Below, one piece after another: positions 36,704-46,937 of a stretch of DNA of 48,493 nucleotides. The position numbers and the translations under genes are program-made. Under the pieces are notes generated by a model, which ran no database searches, was not told the origin of the DNA, and was given only the letters and a program-made list of their open reading frames with translations. How positions within the stretch are numbered: position 1 is the first letter of the stretch; every line of letters begins with the position of its first letter. Source of the stretch: Nitrososphaerota archaeon (GTDB lineage Archaea; Thermoproteota; Nitrososphaeria; Nitrososphaerales; Nitrosopumilaceae); the NCBI GenBank assembly GCA_018668425.1, contig JABJDB010000112.1, positions 1-48,493 of the forward strand, read 5' to 3'.

Positions 36704-37585
36704 TTGTTGAGTAAATTATCAGTAATTGCAGGAAAATCTTCTGAAGATATAGCAAGAAAACTATCTAGAAAAATAAAAGCAAATTTTGTAAAATCACAAG
36801 TTAGAATTTTTGCTGATGGAGAAAGTAAAATAACACTTTCAGGAAATATATCAAAAAAAAAATCTATTGTTGTACAATCAATTTACCCTCCAGTTGATAC
36901 AAATCTAATTCAAACATTATCACTTATTTCAAAAGCTAAAGAAACATCGTCTGAAGTAATTGCTGTAATTCCATATATGGGATATGCAAGACAAGATAGA
37001 GAATTTTTACCAGGGGAAATTGTAACTATGAAAGTTCTTGGAAAATTGTTCAAAGGAGCTGGTGCATCAAAAATTATTGCTGTTGATATTCATAGTTTGA
37101 TTGGATTCAAACATTTTTCCATCAAAACAAAGAATGTTTCTGCAATTCCTGAACTTGTCCGATATTTCAAGAAATTGAGCCTGAGAAATCCTCTTGTTGT
37201 ATCACCAGACCAAGGAGGAAAAGAAAGAGCAAAAGAGTTTGCAAAAGAATTAGGCTCAGAATACATTGCATTAGAGAAAAAAAGAGATAGAAAAACAGGA
37301 AAAGTTCAGATTAAAACAAAGAATCTAGATGAAGTTGCAAATAGAGATTTGATTTTAGTTGATGATATGATTAGTACTGGAGGAAGCATTGTAAAAGCCA
37401 CTCAATTTCTCAAGAAACAAAAATGTAAAAAAGTGTATGTTGCATGTACACATGCATTATTGATGAATGATGCAGAAAAGAAAATTAAGAAAGCTGGAGT
37501 AACAAAAATTGTTAGTGTAAATACAATTCCTGGAAAAACATCACTAGTTGATGTTTCAAATACGATTGCAAAGGCAATAGTGTAA
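36704..37585 (+). CDS. prs: Ribose-phosphate pyrophosphokinase
   Basis: FADGE, PYMGYARQD, DIHS, SPDQGG and VDDMISTGGS motifs. Confidence 0.95.
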   Translation: MLSKLSVIAGKSSEDIARKLSRKIKANFVKSQVRIFADGESKITLSGNISKKKSIVVQSIYPPVDTNLIQTLSLISKAKETSSEVIAVIPYMGYARQDREFLPGEIVTMKVLGKLFKGAGASKIIAVDIHSLIGFKHFSIKTKNVSAIPELVRYFKKLSLRNPLVVSPDQGGKERAKEFAKELGSEYIALEKKRDRKTGKVQIKTKNLDEVANRDLILVDDMISTGGSIVKATQFLKKQKCKKVYVACTHALLMNDAEKKIKKAGVTKIVSVNTIPGKTSLVDVSNTIAKAIV

Positions 37586-38532
37586 TGCCAGAAAGTTTTT
37601 TTGTTTTATTCAAAGAAAATTTAGAACTTGCTACAGATGAAGTTGTTGCAATAGCAAAAATGTACGATAGATTTTCTAAAGTGAAAATAATTTCAAATTT
37701 AGTAATTATTCAATCAAAAACAAATTGGAGTGAGATATCAAATCGAGCATCATTTGTTAAAATATCAGGACAAATATTAAGAAAAATGTCTGGGTTATTT
37801 TTAGATGAAAGTAATTTTGAAATTCTTAAAAATGCAAAAACATTTGTTTGTAGAATAATCAATTTGTCATCAAACCAATTCAATGTTCCTGAATTAGAAA
37901 ATTCAATGGGAGATATGATATCAAAATTTTCTCATGCAAAAGTAAAGATGGAAAATCCAGATATTACAGTATATCTCATTTTTACTAACAAAGAAAATTT
38001 CTTTGGGTTCTCAAAGATGACAAAACAAAGAGTCAGGCCAAAAAAGACAAAGACGTATCCTAATGAATTAGATTGGAAATTAACTAGAGCTATGATAAAT
38101 TTGATTGGTCTAAAACCAGGAGAAACAGTATGTGATCCATTTTGTGGTACAGGAACTACACTTTTGGAGGCTGAATCCATGGGTATTCATGCAATTGGGA
38201 TGGATTTTGATGAGAAAATGTTCAATATTGCAAAAGAGAATCTCAAAGAAAATAAATTCAAATCTGAAATTTTTAATACTGATTTTAAAGAAATGTTAAA
38301 AATTCCTGAAAAATATGATGGAATTGTTACTGATTTACCATATGGACTTAATTCTAAAACTAGTGAAAAACCTGAAGAGATTCTAAAAAGATTCATTTCA
38401 GTTCTTCCTAAACGAAAAAAAATTGCAATAATGTACAAAAAAGAATTAGGAGATAATCTAAAACTAAAAGGATTGAAAAAATATCAAATCTATAGGCATA
38501 AAAGCTTGACTAGGACAATTTTGATTAAATGA
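37585..38532 (+). CDS. THUMP-type tRNA (guanine-N2) methyltransferase, Trm11-like
   Basis: [11 protein letters not shown] motif and TDLPYG; lies among tRNA-processing genes. Confidence 0.75.
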   Translation: MPESFFVLFKENLELATDEVVAIAKMYDRFSKVKIISNLVIIQSKTNWSEISNRASFVKISGQILRKMSGLFLDESNFEILKNAKTFVCRIINLSSNQFNVPELENSMGDMISKFSHAKVKMENPDITVYLIFTNKENFFGFSKMTKQRVRPKKTKTYPNELDWKLTRAMINLIGLKPGETVCDPFCGTGTTLLEAESMGIHAIGMDFDEKMFNIAKENLKENKFKSEIFNTDFKEMLKIPEKYDGIVTDLPYGLNSKTSEKPEEILKRFISVLPKRKKIAIMYKKELGDNLKLKGLKKYQIYRHKSLTRTILIK

Positions 38533-39428
38533 AACTTGTATTTTTAGGAACATCAGCTGCACAGCCTACTGAAAGAAGAGGATTGTCATGCATTTGTTTG
38601 GAAAGGGATGGGGAAATTCTAATGTTTGATGCAGGTGAATCTGCACAAATTTCCTATATGAAATCAGGTTTAGGTTGGAATAAAAAAATGAAAATTTTTG
38701 TTACACATCTTCATGGAGATCATTGTGTAGGAATTTTAGGATTGTTACAAACAATGTCTATGCAAAATAGAACTGAAACTTTAGAAATCTATGGTCCTAG
38801 TGGTATTGAGGAATTTATTGCAGCTAACATCAAAGTGTTAAACTTTGGATTATCATTTCCAGTTTTGATTAATGTAATTAATGAAGAAAAAATAATTGAT
38901 AATGAAAAGTTTACAATACATACCTGCAAAGCTAATCACTCAATTACTGCATTTTCTTATCTAATTGAAGAAAAAGATAAGCCAGGAAGATTCAATGTTG
39001 AAAAAGCAAAAGAATTAGGCATACCTGAAGGTGAATTATGGAATAAATTACAAAATGGAAATGAAATCAATCATAATGAAAAAATAATAAAACCTGAACA
39101 AGTATTAGGAGAAAAACGTCCAGGTAAAAAAATCGGTATTTCAGGCGATACAATGCCAACTGAGAAATTGGAGAAATTTTTTGATGAATGTGATTATCTA
39201 GTATTTGATTCTACATTTCTAGATGAAGAAAAACAAAGAGCACAAGATACTTGTCATTCTACTGCAAAGCAAGCTGCAACATTGGCTAAAAATGCTAAAG
39301 TAAAAAATTTAATTTTGACACATTTTTCAGCAAGATACAAAGATGAAATAGGACATTTGAATGAGGCAAAAGAAATTCATGATTCAGTGATTACTGCAAG
39401 AGATCTATTAGAAATAGAAATCAAATGA
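38529..39428 (+). CDS. rnz: Ribonuclease Z
   Basis: FLGT, DAGE, THLHGDH, exosite, SGDT, HST and THFSARY motifs. Confidence 0.95.
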   Translation: MKLVFLGTSAAQPTERRGLSCICLERDGEILMFDAGESAQISYMKSGLGWNKKMKIFVTHLHGDHCVGILGLLQTMSMQNRTETLEIYGPSGIEEFIAANIKVLNFGLSFPVLINVINEEKIIDNEKFTIHTCKANHSITAFSYLIEEKDKPGRFNVEKAKELGIPEGELWNKLQNGNEINHNEKIIKPEQVLGEKRPGKKIGISGDTMPTEKLEKFFDECDYLVFDSTFLDEEKQRAQDTCHSTAKQAATLAKNAKVKNLILTHFSARYKDEIGHLNEAKEIHDSVITARDLLEIEIK

Positions 39429-40150
39429 TGTTTGAATCAATTAAAGAAGAAATTAAAGATTTTAAAAAAATTGTTTTTGTAACAGGTGCTGGAATTTCTC
39501 AAGAAAGTGGGATTCCTACATTTAGAGGTAAAGATGGATTATGGAGAAATTATGATGCCATGAAGTTAGCTACAATTGATGCATTTTATGAAGATCCAAA
39601 ATTAGTTTGGGAATGGTACAATGAAAGAAGAAGCAATATTTTTTCAGCTAGTCCTAATCAAGGTCACATAGCCATCGCAGAACTTGAAAAATATACAGAT
39701 GTCACAATATTGACTCAAAATATTGATGGTCTGCATCAAAAAGCCGGTAGTTCACATGTATTGGAATTGCATGGGAGCATAATGAAGATAAAGTGTACAG
39801 TTTGTGAGTTTCATGATGAAATAATGACTGAATTTTCTGAAATCCCTCCATTATGTAAATGTGGGAATATACTAAGACCAGATGTAGTTTGGTTTGGAGA
39901 GTCATTACCACAAGATGTTTGGAAAAATGCAATGATTCTTGCAAGTCAATGTGATTTAATGATAATTGCTGGAACATCACTTGTTGTATCTCCTGCAAAT
40001 ACATTACCAATCTATGCTAAACAAAATAATGCTGTATTAATTGAAATTAATCCTGAAAAAACTGAAATGTCATCAGAAATGGATTTGATATTAAGAAATA
40101 CAAGTGCAAATGTATTACCTGAATTTGTATCACTGTTTAAAGAAAATTAA
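39425..40150 (+). CDS. cobB: Sir2-family NAD-dependent protein deacylase
   Basis: [36 protein letters not shown] and GTS motifs. Confidence 0.93.
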   Translation: MMFESIKEEIKDFKKIVFVTGAGISQESGIPTFRGKDGLWRNYDAMKLATIDAFYEDPKLVWEWYNERRSNIFSASPNQGHIAIAELEKYTDVTILTQNIDGLHQKAGSSHVLELHGSIMKIKCTVCEFHDEIMTEFSEIPPLCKCGNILRPDVVWFGESLPQDVWKNAMILASQCDLMIIAGTSLVVSPANTLPIYAKQNNAVLIEINPEKTEMSSEMDLILRNTSANVLPEFVSLFKEN

Positions 40151-40151
40151 A

Positions 40152-40898
40152 TCATGATTGAGAAAATATACCACTGATTTTTGAATCAGTGGAATCTCCT
40201 GGATTAAATACTGATGAGTTTATAGTTCCATAATCTTCATGTTCTACAATCATATCTACATAATATGGTTGACCAGAAATATCATTTAGATTGGTTTCAA
40301 ACATTGATGTAAAAAATATTCCAGAGAAAATTTCTTTTTGATCAGTTCTAATAATTACATTAACGCTATTTGTTTTTCCACTTGAATCAGAATATTGAAG
40401 AACAATATCATCATTTGATGCTTGAGTTGTAGATAGTGATAGTGTTTCATGAATAATTGGTAATTGATTCTCTACAGTACTTTGAGTTGTAATGTCTTCA
40501 GTAATTATATTATTGGTTGAATCTGTTAATTCTTCAACGTTTGGATTATCAGAAAAAATATTTTTTATCGATTCAATTGGATTAAAGTCAGAAAATTTTT
40601 CATCAATTTTTTGTTTTGATGATTCTTTAACATCAGAGATTTCATCACTAATCTTGTCTCCTGCCTCGCTTATTTCATTAGTTATTGCATCGCCTGTTTT
40701 GTCCACAATTTTATCAATAGAGTCATCAATTCTTTTTTCTACAGAGTCTGTTGCTTTTGCTCCAAAATTAGATATGTCTTCTTTTAGAGAATCAACTACA
40801 TTTGCAGAAGTTGATGGAAATAAGGTATCAATTTCATTTGAGAAGATCATGCCTCCTAAGATGAGAATACCTGCAATTATGCCTAATTTTATGAACAT
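40152..40898 (-). CDS. Membrane-anchored hypothetical protein with an acidic helical repeat stalk
   Basis: N-terminal TM, about 11-residue periodic helical region, beta-rich C-terminal domain. Confidence 0.6.
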   Translation of the reverse strand: MFIKLGIIAGILILGGMIFSNEIDTLFPSTSANVVDSLKEDISNFGAKATDSVEKRIDDSIDKIVDKTGDAITNEISEAGDKISDEISDVKESSKQKIDEKFSDFNPIESIKNIFSDNPNVEELTDSTNNIITEDITTQSTVENQLPIIHETLSLSTTQASNDDIVLQYSDSSGKTNSVNVIIRTDQKEIFSGIFFTSMFETNLNDISGQPYYVDMIVEHEDYGTINSSVFNPGDSTDSKISGIFSQS

Positions 40899-40972
40899 TA
40901 GATAATAATTCTAAAAAATGAATTTTAGATTCGAACTAAAAAAAATAGTCAATAAAGAGTGAATTTTCTTAG

Positions 40973-41377
40973 CTAATCAAAAATTATCCAATCAATAATT
41001 CCATCAATATTTGATGATGTTAATACTACTTTGATAGGACCTAGTGGGGATTCTTCAGCCTCTTCACAAATTGCTATCTTTTCGACAAATGCTGCTTGTT
41101 TGTTTAGATAAAACCAAGTGGAATCATTTTTCAAATTTTGTTCTAGACTTCGTCTATAACTTTTCTGAGATTTGTTTAATTGAATTGTTTCATAAATTTT
41201 TTCAAAAGAATTCAAATCTTTAGATATTGCACTAATTGAATAATTTTCATTTTTTATTTTTGAATTTGGAAAAACATTAGATATTGCTTGTTTAATTTTT
41301 TCAGGATCTTCTGAAGAATTAACTGAACAAAACATTTCTATTTTACAACTAATGCTTGGTATTTTCATTCTATCCAA
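40973..41377 (-). CDS. UPF0201/DUF54 putative RNA-binding protein
   Basis: SEDPEKIKQAISNVFP, LNKQAA and PLGPI motifs. Confidence 0.8.
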   Translation of the reverse strand: MDRMKIPSISCKIEMFCSVNSSEDPEKIKQAISNVFPNSKIKNENYSISAISKDLNSFEKIYETIQLNKSQKSYRRSLEQNLKNDSTWFYLNKQAAFVEKIAICEEAEESPLGPIKVVLTSSNIDGIIDWIIFD

Positions 41378-41913
41378 CTTTGTATTATTTTAAATGCTGA
41401 ATCAATCAATTCATCTTTTGATAAACCAATGTTAGATATTGCATAATCAGATAATGCAATTGAGTTACTAATACCAACACCTAGTTCTCTGTTATCTCTT
41501 TCCTCAAAATGAGCTATTGTTTGAGGATCATCTGATCTTCCTCTTTTTTGAAGAAAATCAAATCTTGTATCAGTTGATGCATGAATTGCTAATAATTTTA
41601 CAATACCAAATTTTCTAAGTACTTGAATTTCATTGTTTGATCTCACTCCATCAATTAAAATTACATTTGCATTTGATAATTCTATTTGTGATTTCACTAA
41701 TTCTGCAATTGCACCAGGACCATTTTTTTCTCTAAGTTCAAGCATTAATTTTCCAAGATTTTCTCTAGTTGATTCTAAATTTCTTTTTTTTGCTTCTTCT
41801 CTAACTGCATTTCCCATATTGATAATATCATATCCTTTTGATTTTAGTCCGTCAGCTATAGTTGATTTTCCTGCACCAGGCATTCCAGTCAAACATACAA
41901 TTAGTTTTGTCAA
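41365..41913 (-). CDS. UPF0200-type nucleotide kinase (dephospho-CoA/adenylate kinase-like P-loop)
   Basis: GMPGAGKS, DGVRS, RGRSDD and RD.REL motifs. Confidence 0.8.
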   Translation of the reverse strand: MTKLIVCLTGMPGAGKSTIADGLKSKGYDIINMGNAVREEAKKRNLESTRENLGKLMLELREKNGPGAIAELVKSQIELSNANVILIDGVRSNNEIQVLRKFGIVKLLAIHASTDTRFDFLQKRGRSDDPQTIAHFEERDNRELGVGISNSIALSDYAISNIGLSKDELIDSAFKIIQSWIE

Positions 41914-41967
41914 TAATTATTAAAAAAAAGGCTCGTCTATGAAGTTACCGGAAATTATTATAAAGAT

Positions 41968-42525
41968 ATGCCAAAAAATGTTGTAATGCGAACATTTGTT
42001 TCAATTGAGATTTCAGATGAAAATGTAATTAATTCCATTGAAAAATTTCAGAAAGAAATTTGCATTGATGCAAAAGCTATAGAATCAAGAAATTTACATT
42101 TTACGTTACAATTTTTAGGTGAAATTTCTGAAAATATTCTGCAGAAAGTAAAACAGGCACTATCAACTATAGAATTTTCAAGTTTTAATGTCAATTTGAT
42201 AGGAATTGGAGCATTTCCTAAACCTAAATTCCCTAGAGTAATTTGGGTTGGAACTGATAGTAATGGAGGAAATTTACTCATAGAATTATCACAAAAAGTC
42301 AATAAAGTGTTAGAACCATTAGGATTAATTTCAGATAAAGCATTCAAACCTCATATCACAGTATTTAGAATTAAAAAGAAGGTTGGAGATATGACAAAAG
42401 AATTGGAAAAACAAGGAATGGTAGATTTTGGAATACAGAAAATTTCTAGCATAAAGTTAAAAAAAAGTGAACTAACACCTAATGGACCAATTTATTCAGA
42501 TTTAGTGGAGGTTATGGCTACATGA
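41968..42525 (+). CDS. thpR: RNA 2',3'-cyclic phosphodiesterase (2'-5' RNA ligase family)
   Basis: Two HxT motifs (HFTL, HITV) plus GAFP, RVIW and GPIY; the start may be ATG 41986. Confidence 0.9.
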   Translation: MPKNVVMRTFVSIEISDENVINSIEKFQKEICIDAKAIESRNLHFTLQFLGEISENILQKVKQALSTIEFSSFNVNLIGIGAFPKPKFPRVIWVGTDSNGGNLLIELSQKVNKVLEPLGLISDKAFKPHITVFRIKKKVGDMTKELEKQGMVDFGIQKISSIKLKKSELTPNGPIYSDLVEVMAT

Positions 42526-43853
42526 AACAAGTAATTTCTAAAATTGGGAAATCAGTTGTACCAACAAAAACTGTTGAAAAATCAAAAAACAGTATTGCAG
42601 AGATAGCTTACAATTTAGTTGAAAATGAAATAAAAAAATATTCTGAAGTATTAGGATTAGAGTTTGGAGGTTCTTTTGCAAAGGGAACATGGTTATCAAA
42701 AAATGCAGATGTGGATATTTTTGTCAAGTTTAAAAAAACAACATCAGAAGAAAAATTTGAAAAGATTTCAAAAAAAATTGGTTTTGATTCATTAAAAAAA
42801 TATTCTCCATACGTAAGATACTCTGAACACCCATATGTTGAGGCTAAAATCAAAGATACTAAAATCAATGTTGTACCATTTTATGATGTAAAACTAGGTG
42901 AATGGAAAAGTGCAGCAGATAGATCTCCATTTCATACAAAGCTCATGGAAAAATCATTAACTTCTAAAATGAGAAATGAAGTTAGAATTCTTAAAACATT
43001 TTTACAATCAAATGGAATTTATGGTGCAGAAATTGCTAAACAGGGATTTAGTGGTTATGTTTCTGAAGTTTTAATTTTAAATTTTAAAAGTTTTGAAAAT
43101 ACAATTAAATCAATTTCAGAAATTAAAGAAAACCAAATAATTGGAAAAACTACAAAAAAGTTTGATACATCAATAGTAATTATTGATCCAATTGACAGTA
43201 ACAGGAATTTAGCTGCTGCAATTTCAGATGAAAATATTGGAAAGTTTGTTTTAGTTTCAAGAGCATTTAAAGAAAAACCTAGATTAACATTATTTCAAAG
43301 TAAAAAATCTAAAATTTCAAAAAAATATTGGAATAATTTGTTAGTGATAAAATTTGATTTCAAACCTAGAAGTCCTGATGTGATATGGGGACAGATTAAG
43401 AGGGCAACTACATCACTATCTACACAATTAGAACTTGGTGGGTTTACAGTACTAAGAAGTAATGCTCATTCTGATCAAATTAAAGAAGCATATCTCTTGT
43501 TTTTCTTAGAATCTACAAAGATTTCTGATACATACACAAAAAATGGACCAGAATTTTTCAGAGAAAGTAGTTCAAAAGGTTTCATTTCTAAAAATCTTAA
43601 AAATACAGAACTGATGTGGATTGAAACTAGTGGAAAAATAATTTCGCTTGAAAAAAGAAAACATACAGAAGCTGTTAAATTTATCACAGAATTTTTGAAA
43701 AAGAATCTTCAAACAGGCATGCCAAAAGGTCTGATTGGTGATTTTAAGCGAGGATTCAGAGTTTCGATAGGAACTAAAAATTTGAGCAAATCAATTAAAG
43801 AGGAAGTAGGCGAGTTGATTTCAACTGATGGAACACTCCTTTATTTCAATTAA
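42522..43853 (+). CDS. cca: Archaeal (class I) CCA-adding enzyme
   Basis: GSFAKGTWL..DVD, EHPY, SAADRSPFH, GFSGY and DPID.NRN motifs. Confidence 0.93.
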   Translation: MKQVISKIGKSVVPTKTVEKSKNSIAEIAYNLVENEIKKYSEVLGLEFGGSFAKGTWLSKNADVDIFVKFKKTTSEEKFEKISKKIGFDSLKKYSPYVRYSEHPYVEAKIKDTKINVVPFYDVKLGEWKSAADRSPFHTKLMEKSLTSKMRNEVRILKTFLQSNGIYGAEIAKQGFSGYVSEVLILNFKSFENTIKSISEIKENQIIGKTTKKFDTSIVIIDPIDSNRNLAAAISDENIGKFVLVSRAFKEKPRLTLFQSKKSKISKKYWNNLLVIKFDFKPRSPDVIWGQIKRATTSLSTQLELGGFTVLRSNAHSDQIKEAYLLFFLESTKISDTYTKNGPEFFRESSSKGFISKNLKNTELMWIETSGKIISLEKRKHTEAVKFITEFLKKNLQTGMPKGLIGDFKRGFRVSIGTKNLSKSIKEEVGELISTDGTLLYFN

Positions 43854-44589
43854 GAAATTTTTAGAAGAACCATATTCACTAATTCTTGGATATCCAAAAG
43901 CTACTAGTCGTCAAATAAAATCAAGAATTAATGAATTGGAAAAATTAAAAATCAAATCAATTTCATTAACAGGTCCAACTACACTTGGAAAATTAGCTAT
44001 TTTGGGAAAAGGATATGTCGGAGTAGTTGTTTTAGCAAAAAAAAATAACAAACAAGTTGCATTAAAAATCAGGAGAACAGATTCACAAAGAAAAGATATG
44101 AAAAATGAATCAGTCTTGTTAAAACTAGTTAATTCTGTAAATGTTGGACCAAAAATGATCGATGTTAGTAAAAATTTTCTAGTAATGGAATATCTTGATG
44201 GTGAAAAAATTAGTGATTGGATAAATTCACTTACAGGTGTAGGTAGTGCAAAAAAATTAAAATCTACAATTAAAAAAGTTCTTGAGGATTGTTTTAGATT
44301 AGATCAGATTAATTTTGATCATGGTGAATTAAGTAATGTTTCAAAACATGTTATTGTAGGAAAAACAAAATCTACACTAATAGACTTTGAGAGTTCAAGC
44401 ACTAATAGAAGACCATCAAATGTAACATCAATTACTCAAGCATTTTTTATCGGTTCAGGAATTGCTAGAAAAACACAAAAAGTTTACAAAAACTCTCCTA
44501 AAGAAAAAATTATTGAGGCACTAAAACAGTACAAAGAAGAAAAATCAAGAGTAAATTTTGATCAGTTGTTAAAAATTCTAAAATTATGA
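43828..44589 (+). CDS. RIO/Bud32-like Ser/Thr protein kinase
   Basis: LGKGYVG, ALK, MEY, HGELS and IDFE motifs. Confidence 0.8.
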   Translation: MEHSFISIKKFLEEPYSLILGYPKATSRQIKSRINELEKLKIKSISLTGPTTLGKLAILGKGYVGVVVLAKKNNKQVALKIRRTDSQRKDMKNESVLLKLVNSVNVGPKMIDVSKNFLVMEYLDGEKISDWINSLTGVGSAKKLKSTIKKVLEDCFRLDQINFDHGELSNVSKHVIVGKTKSTLIDFESSSTNRRPSNVTSITQAFFIGSGIARKTQKVYKNSPKEKIIEALKQYKEEKSRVNFDQLLKILKL

Positions 44590-44610
44590 TAATTACGAAG
44601 GTGATACTAA

Positions 44611-44684
44611 TGGGACCGGCAGGATTTGAACCTGCGACCACTAGTCCCCCAGACTAGTATCATACCAAGCTAGACGACGATCCC
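44611..44684 (-). tRNA. tRNA-Pro(GGG), 74 nt
   Basis: Acceptor GGGATCG/CGGTCCC, anticodon arm CTAGT-CTGGGGG-ACTAG, T arm GCAGG-TTCAAAT-CCTGC. Confidence 0.93.
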
Positions 44685-44740
44685 GTAGTAGATGAGGCAC
44701 AAAATGAAATTATTAAATCGTCGTATTAATTAGAATAATT

Positions 44741-44950
44741 ATGAAAATCTGTAACATCTGTCACAAAATTTCTGGAACTGGACAAAATCATATTGATTGT
44801 GTACAAAAAAGAAATATTGAATCTGAAGATGCAGAATTTAAAAACAACATTGCAGAAAAACTAAATCTCTCAAATGACAATCAAGAATTGGGAGTTGAGG
44901 TTAGAGCACTTTTAGAACATATGAGTAAAGAAAAAGATTCAGACGAATAA
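44741..44950 (+). CDS. Small hypothetical protein with a CxxC..H..C motif
   Basis: MKICNIC...HIDC followed by a helical tail. Confidence 0.55.
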   Translation: MKICNICHKISGTGQNHIDCVQKRNIESEDAEFKNNIAEKLNLSNDNQELGVEVRALLEHMSKEKDSDE

Positions 44951-45691
44951 TTATCGTTCTTGAGTTGTAGGTCTAATTAGAATTTCATTTACATTAACAT
45001 AATCTGGTGAATCAACTGCATAGTGTATTGCATTTGCAATATCTTCTGCTTGTAATGCTTGCATCTTTTTTGTGTTCTCTACAAATCCTTTTAGTGATTC
45101 ATCAGTAATTGTATTGTTAAGTTCTGTATCTACTACACCTGGTTCAATACTTGTAATTCTAATATTTGAGCGAACACTAAACTCTTGACGTAATCCTTCA
45201 CTAAATGCTGCAACTGCATGTTTTGTTGCACAATAAACACTACCTGCAGGAAATACAATTCGTCCTGCAACTGAGGACAAATTAACAATGTGACCTGATT
45301 TTTTCTCTTTCATGTGAGTAATTACAGAACCTGCCATATACAAAACTCCTTTAATGTTAACATCAACCATTCTGTCCCATTCATCTACTTTGAGGCTCTT
45401 AAAGAAACTCAGAGGCATTAGACCTGCATTATTTACTAAAATATCAATAGAATTCCATTTCTCTAAAACTGCCTTTGCAAAATTATCACATTCTTCTCTT
45501 TTAGTTACATCTAATTTTTGAAAATAAACTTCACCGCCATTATCAGTGATTTGTTTTGCCAATTCTTCTAATTTATCAACACGTCTTGCACCAATTGCAA
45601 TTTTAGCTCCTGCCTTTGATAGTTTGAGTGCAGTAGCATATCCAATACCACTACTTGCTCCAGTAATTATTGCAACTTTACCTTGAATCAT
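44951..45691 (-). CDS. Short-chain dehydrogenase/reductase
   Basis: TGASSGIG, NNAG, YCATK and EPG motifs. Confidence 0.95.
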   Translation of the reverse strand: MIQGKVAIITGASSGIGYATALKLSKAGAKIAIGARRVDKLEELAKQITDNGGEVYFQKLDVTKREECDNFAKAVLEKWNSIDILVNNAGLMPLSFFKSLKVDEWDRMVDVNIKGVLYMAGSVITHMKEKKSGHIVNLSSVAGRIVFPAGSVYCATKHAVAAFSEGLRQEFSVRSNIRITSIEPGVVDTELNNTITDESLKGFVENTKKMQALQAEDIANAIHYAVDSPDYVNVNEILIRPTTQER

Positions 45692-45775
45692 TTAATTAAA
45701 TTCAAGTTTATCATCGTAAAAACGTTTAGACCAAAAAAGAACTAGAAAAATTCTATCACCTTTATTAAATGAAAA

Positions 45776-46012
45776 ATGGTTAATCATTTTGTGGAGTCAG
45801 AAAAATGTGCATATTGTGGAGATTTGACAGATATGCCTTTTCATTGTAATTATTGTAAAGATCCTTTTTGTGCAGAACATAGACTACCTGAAGAACACAG
45901 ATGTGTCAAACTAACACAAATTAGAGCAAAAAGATTTGGTGAGAAAAAAGTAATCAGAGATGGTGGACGAGACAAACCAAATATTTTCAAAAGACTATTC
46001 AAAAGATTCTAG
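45776..46012 (+). CDS. AN1-type zinc-finger protein
   Basis: CAYC...PFHCNYC..FCAEHRLPEEHRC. Confidence 0.9.
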   Translation: MVNHFVESEKCAYCGDLTDMPFHCNYCKDPFCAEHRLPEEHRCVKLTQIRAKRFGEKKVIRDGGRDKPNIFKRLFKRF

Positions 46013-46293
46013 TACGGACTTTTTTCAGGTGAAATTTTTGCACGTCTTCCCTGATAGATTAGTGCAATGGCTAGTGCAAACATTACCATTGCAGTCATTG
46101 GAAAATTTTGTGGTGCTGGAAGAATAAACCAATAGTATACTCCAAATCCAATTGACACTATAGCTTGAGTCCAGAGTTTAATCCACTTTGGTGCTCGAAT
46201 AAGTCTACTAATGGCCTCTACGATAAAAATTCCAATTACAGGATAAATTGTATAAAACAGAAAATCAATTACATCAACGCCTGTATGAGACAT
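46009..46293 (-). CDS. Small three-TM membrane protein
   Basis: Three hydrophobic segments in 94 aa. Confidence 0.6.
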   Translation of the reverse strand: MSHTGVDVIDFLFYTIYPVIGIFIVEAISRLIRAPKWIKLWTQAIVSIGFGVYYWFILPAPQNFPMTAMVMFALAIALIYQGRRAKISPEKSPY

Positions 46294-46324
46294 GATTAAT
46301 GAGAATAACAGGTATAATTTCTAC

Positions 46325-46882
46325 TTAATCTTCTAGGTGGACCTTTGTTGCGACATTTTTAGCAATTAGTGCTTGGGCATTCTCATAGGGTATGGTTGCA
46401 ATGTCTTCAGTTTTGAATGGACCATATTTTTCAAAATCAGCTCCTACAATTTCATCTACTTCATTTAAAAATCGAATTACAACTTTTTTGGTTTTATGAT
46501 TCTGAGCAAGAGATTCTAGAAATTTTGATTTTCCATTAAGTGTGGCTGATAAAATCATCTCTGTTCTTTCTTGTTGGTCTTCTTGGGAATCTAGTATGAA
46601 TTTCTCCTCATCTAAGAGAAATCCAATATCATAATCTTCTTCTCTTGAAATTTTATCCAATCTTATGTTAATGAGTAATGATGTTAATTCAGTTGCCATC
46701 TCAATCATAGTATCTTTGATTTTGCTTTCAATACCATCAAATTCTTGTTTTTTTAGATTTCCTATGAAATCAGACAGGGTTCTGTAATAATTTGGAGTAA
46801 GTTCTAAAAGATTTTCATCTTCAGTTTCTAGCAATACTGTATGGTGTAGTGAGTTGATATTGATTTGATTTTCTTCTGACAT
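46325..46882 (-). CDS. GINS complex subunit (Gins15/Gins51-like)
   Basis: Helical A domain (L..L..NYY, RLDKI, EEK) followed by a B domain (IVGAD...YGPF..ED...P..NA..LI). Confidence 0.75.
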   Translation of the reverse strand: MSEENQININSLHHTVLLETEDENLLELTPNYYRTLSDFIGNLKKQEFDGIESKIKDTMIEMATELTSLLINIRLDKISREEDYDIGFLLDEEKFILDSQEDQQERTEMILSATLNGKSKFLESLAQNHKTKKVVIRFLNEVDEIVGADFEKYGPFKTEDIATIPYENAQALIAKNVATKVHLED

Positions 46883-46937
46883 GACTTACCTAATCCTTAA
46901 ATGATGGATGTATTTGTGTTTGATTGAAGTACAAAAA

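Noticed and set aside
3279-43687. Many antisense or nested ORFs in the track (e.g. 3279..3629, 8445..8717, 16777..17073, 26885..27307, 40492..40905, 42048..42347)
   Set aside because: They lie wholly within well-supported genes, are S/F/I/L-rich shadow translations and carry no motifs
2966-44684. Integrated element at any of the three tRNAs
   Set aside because: No integrase or transposase and no duplicated tRNA 3' end found by eye
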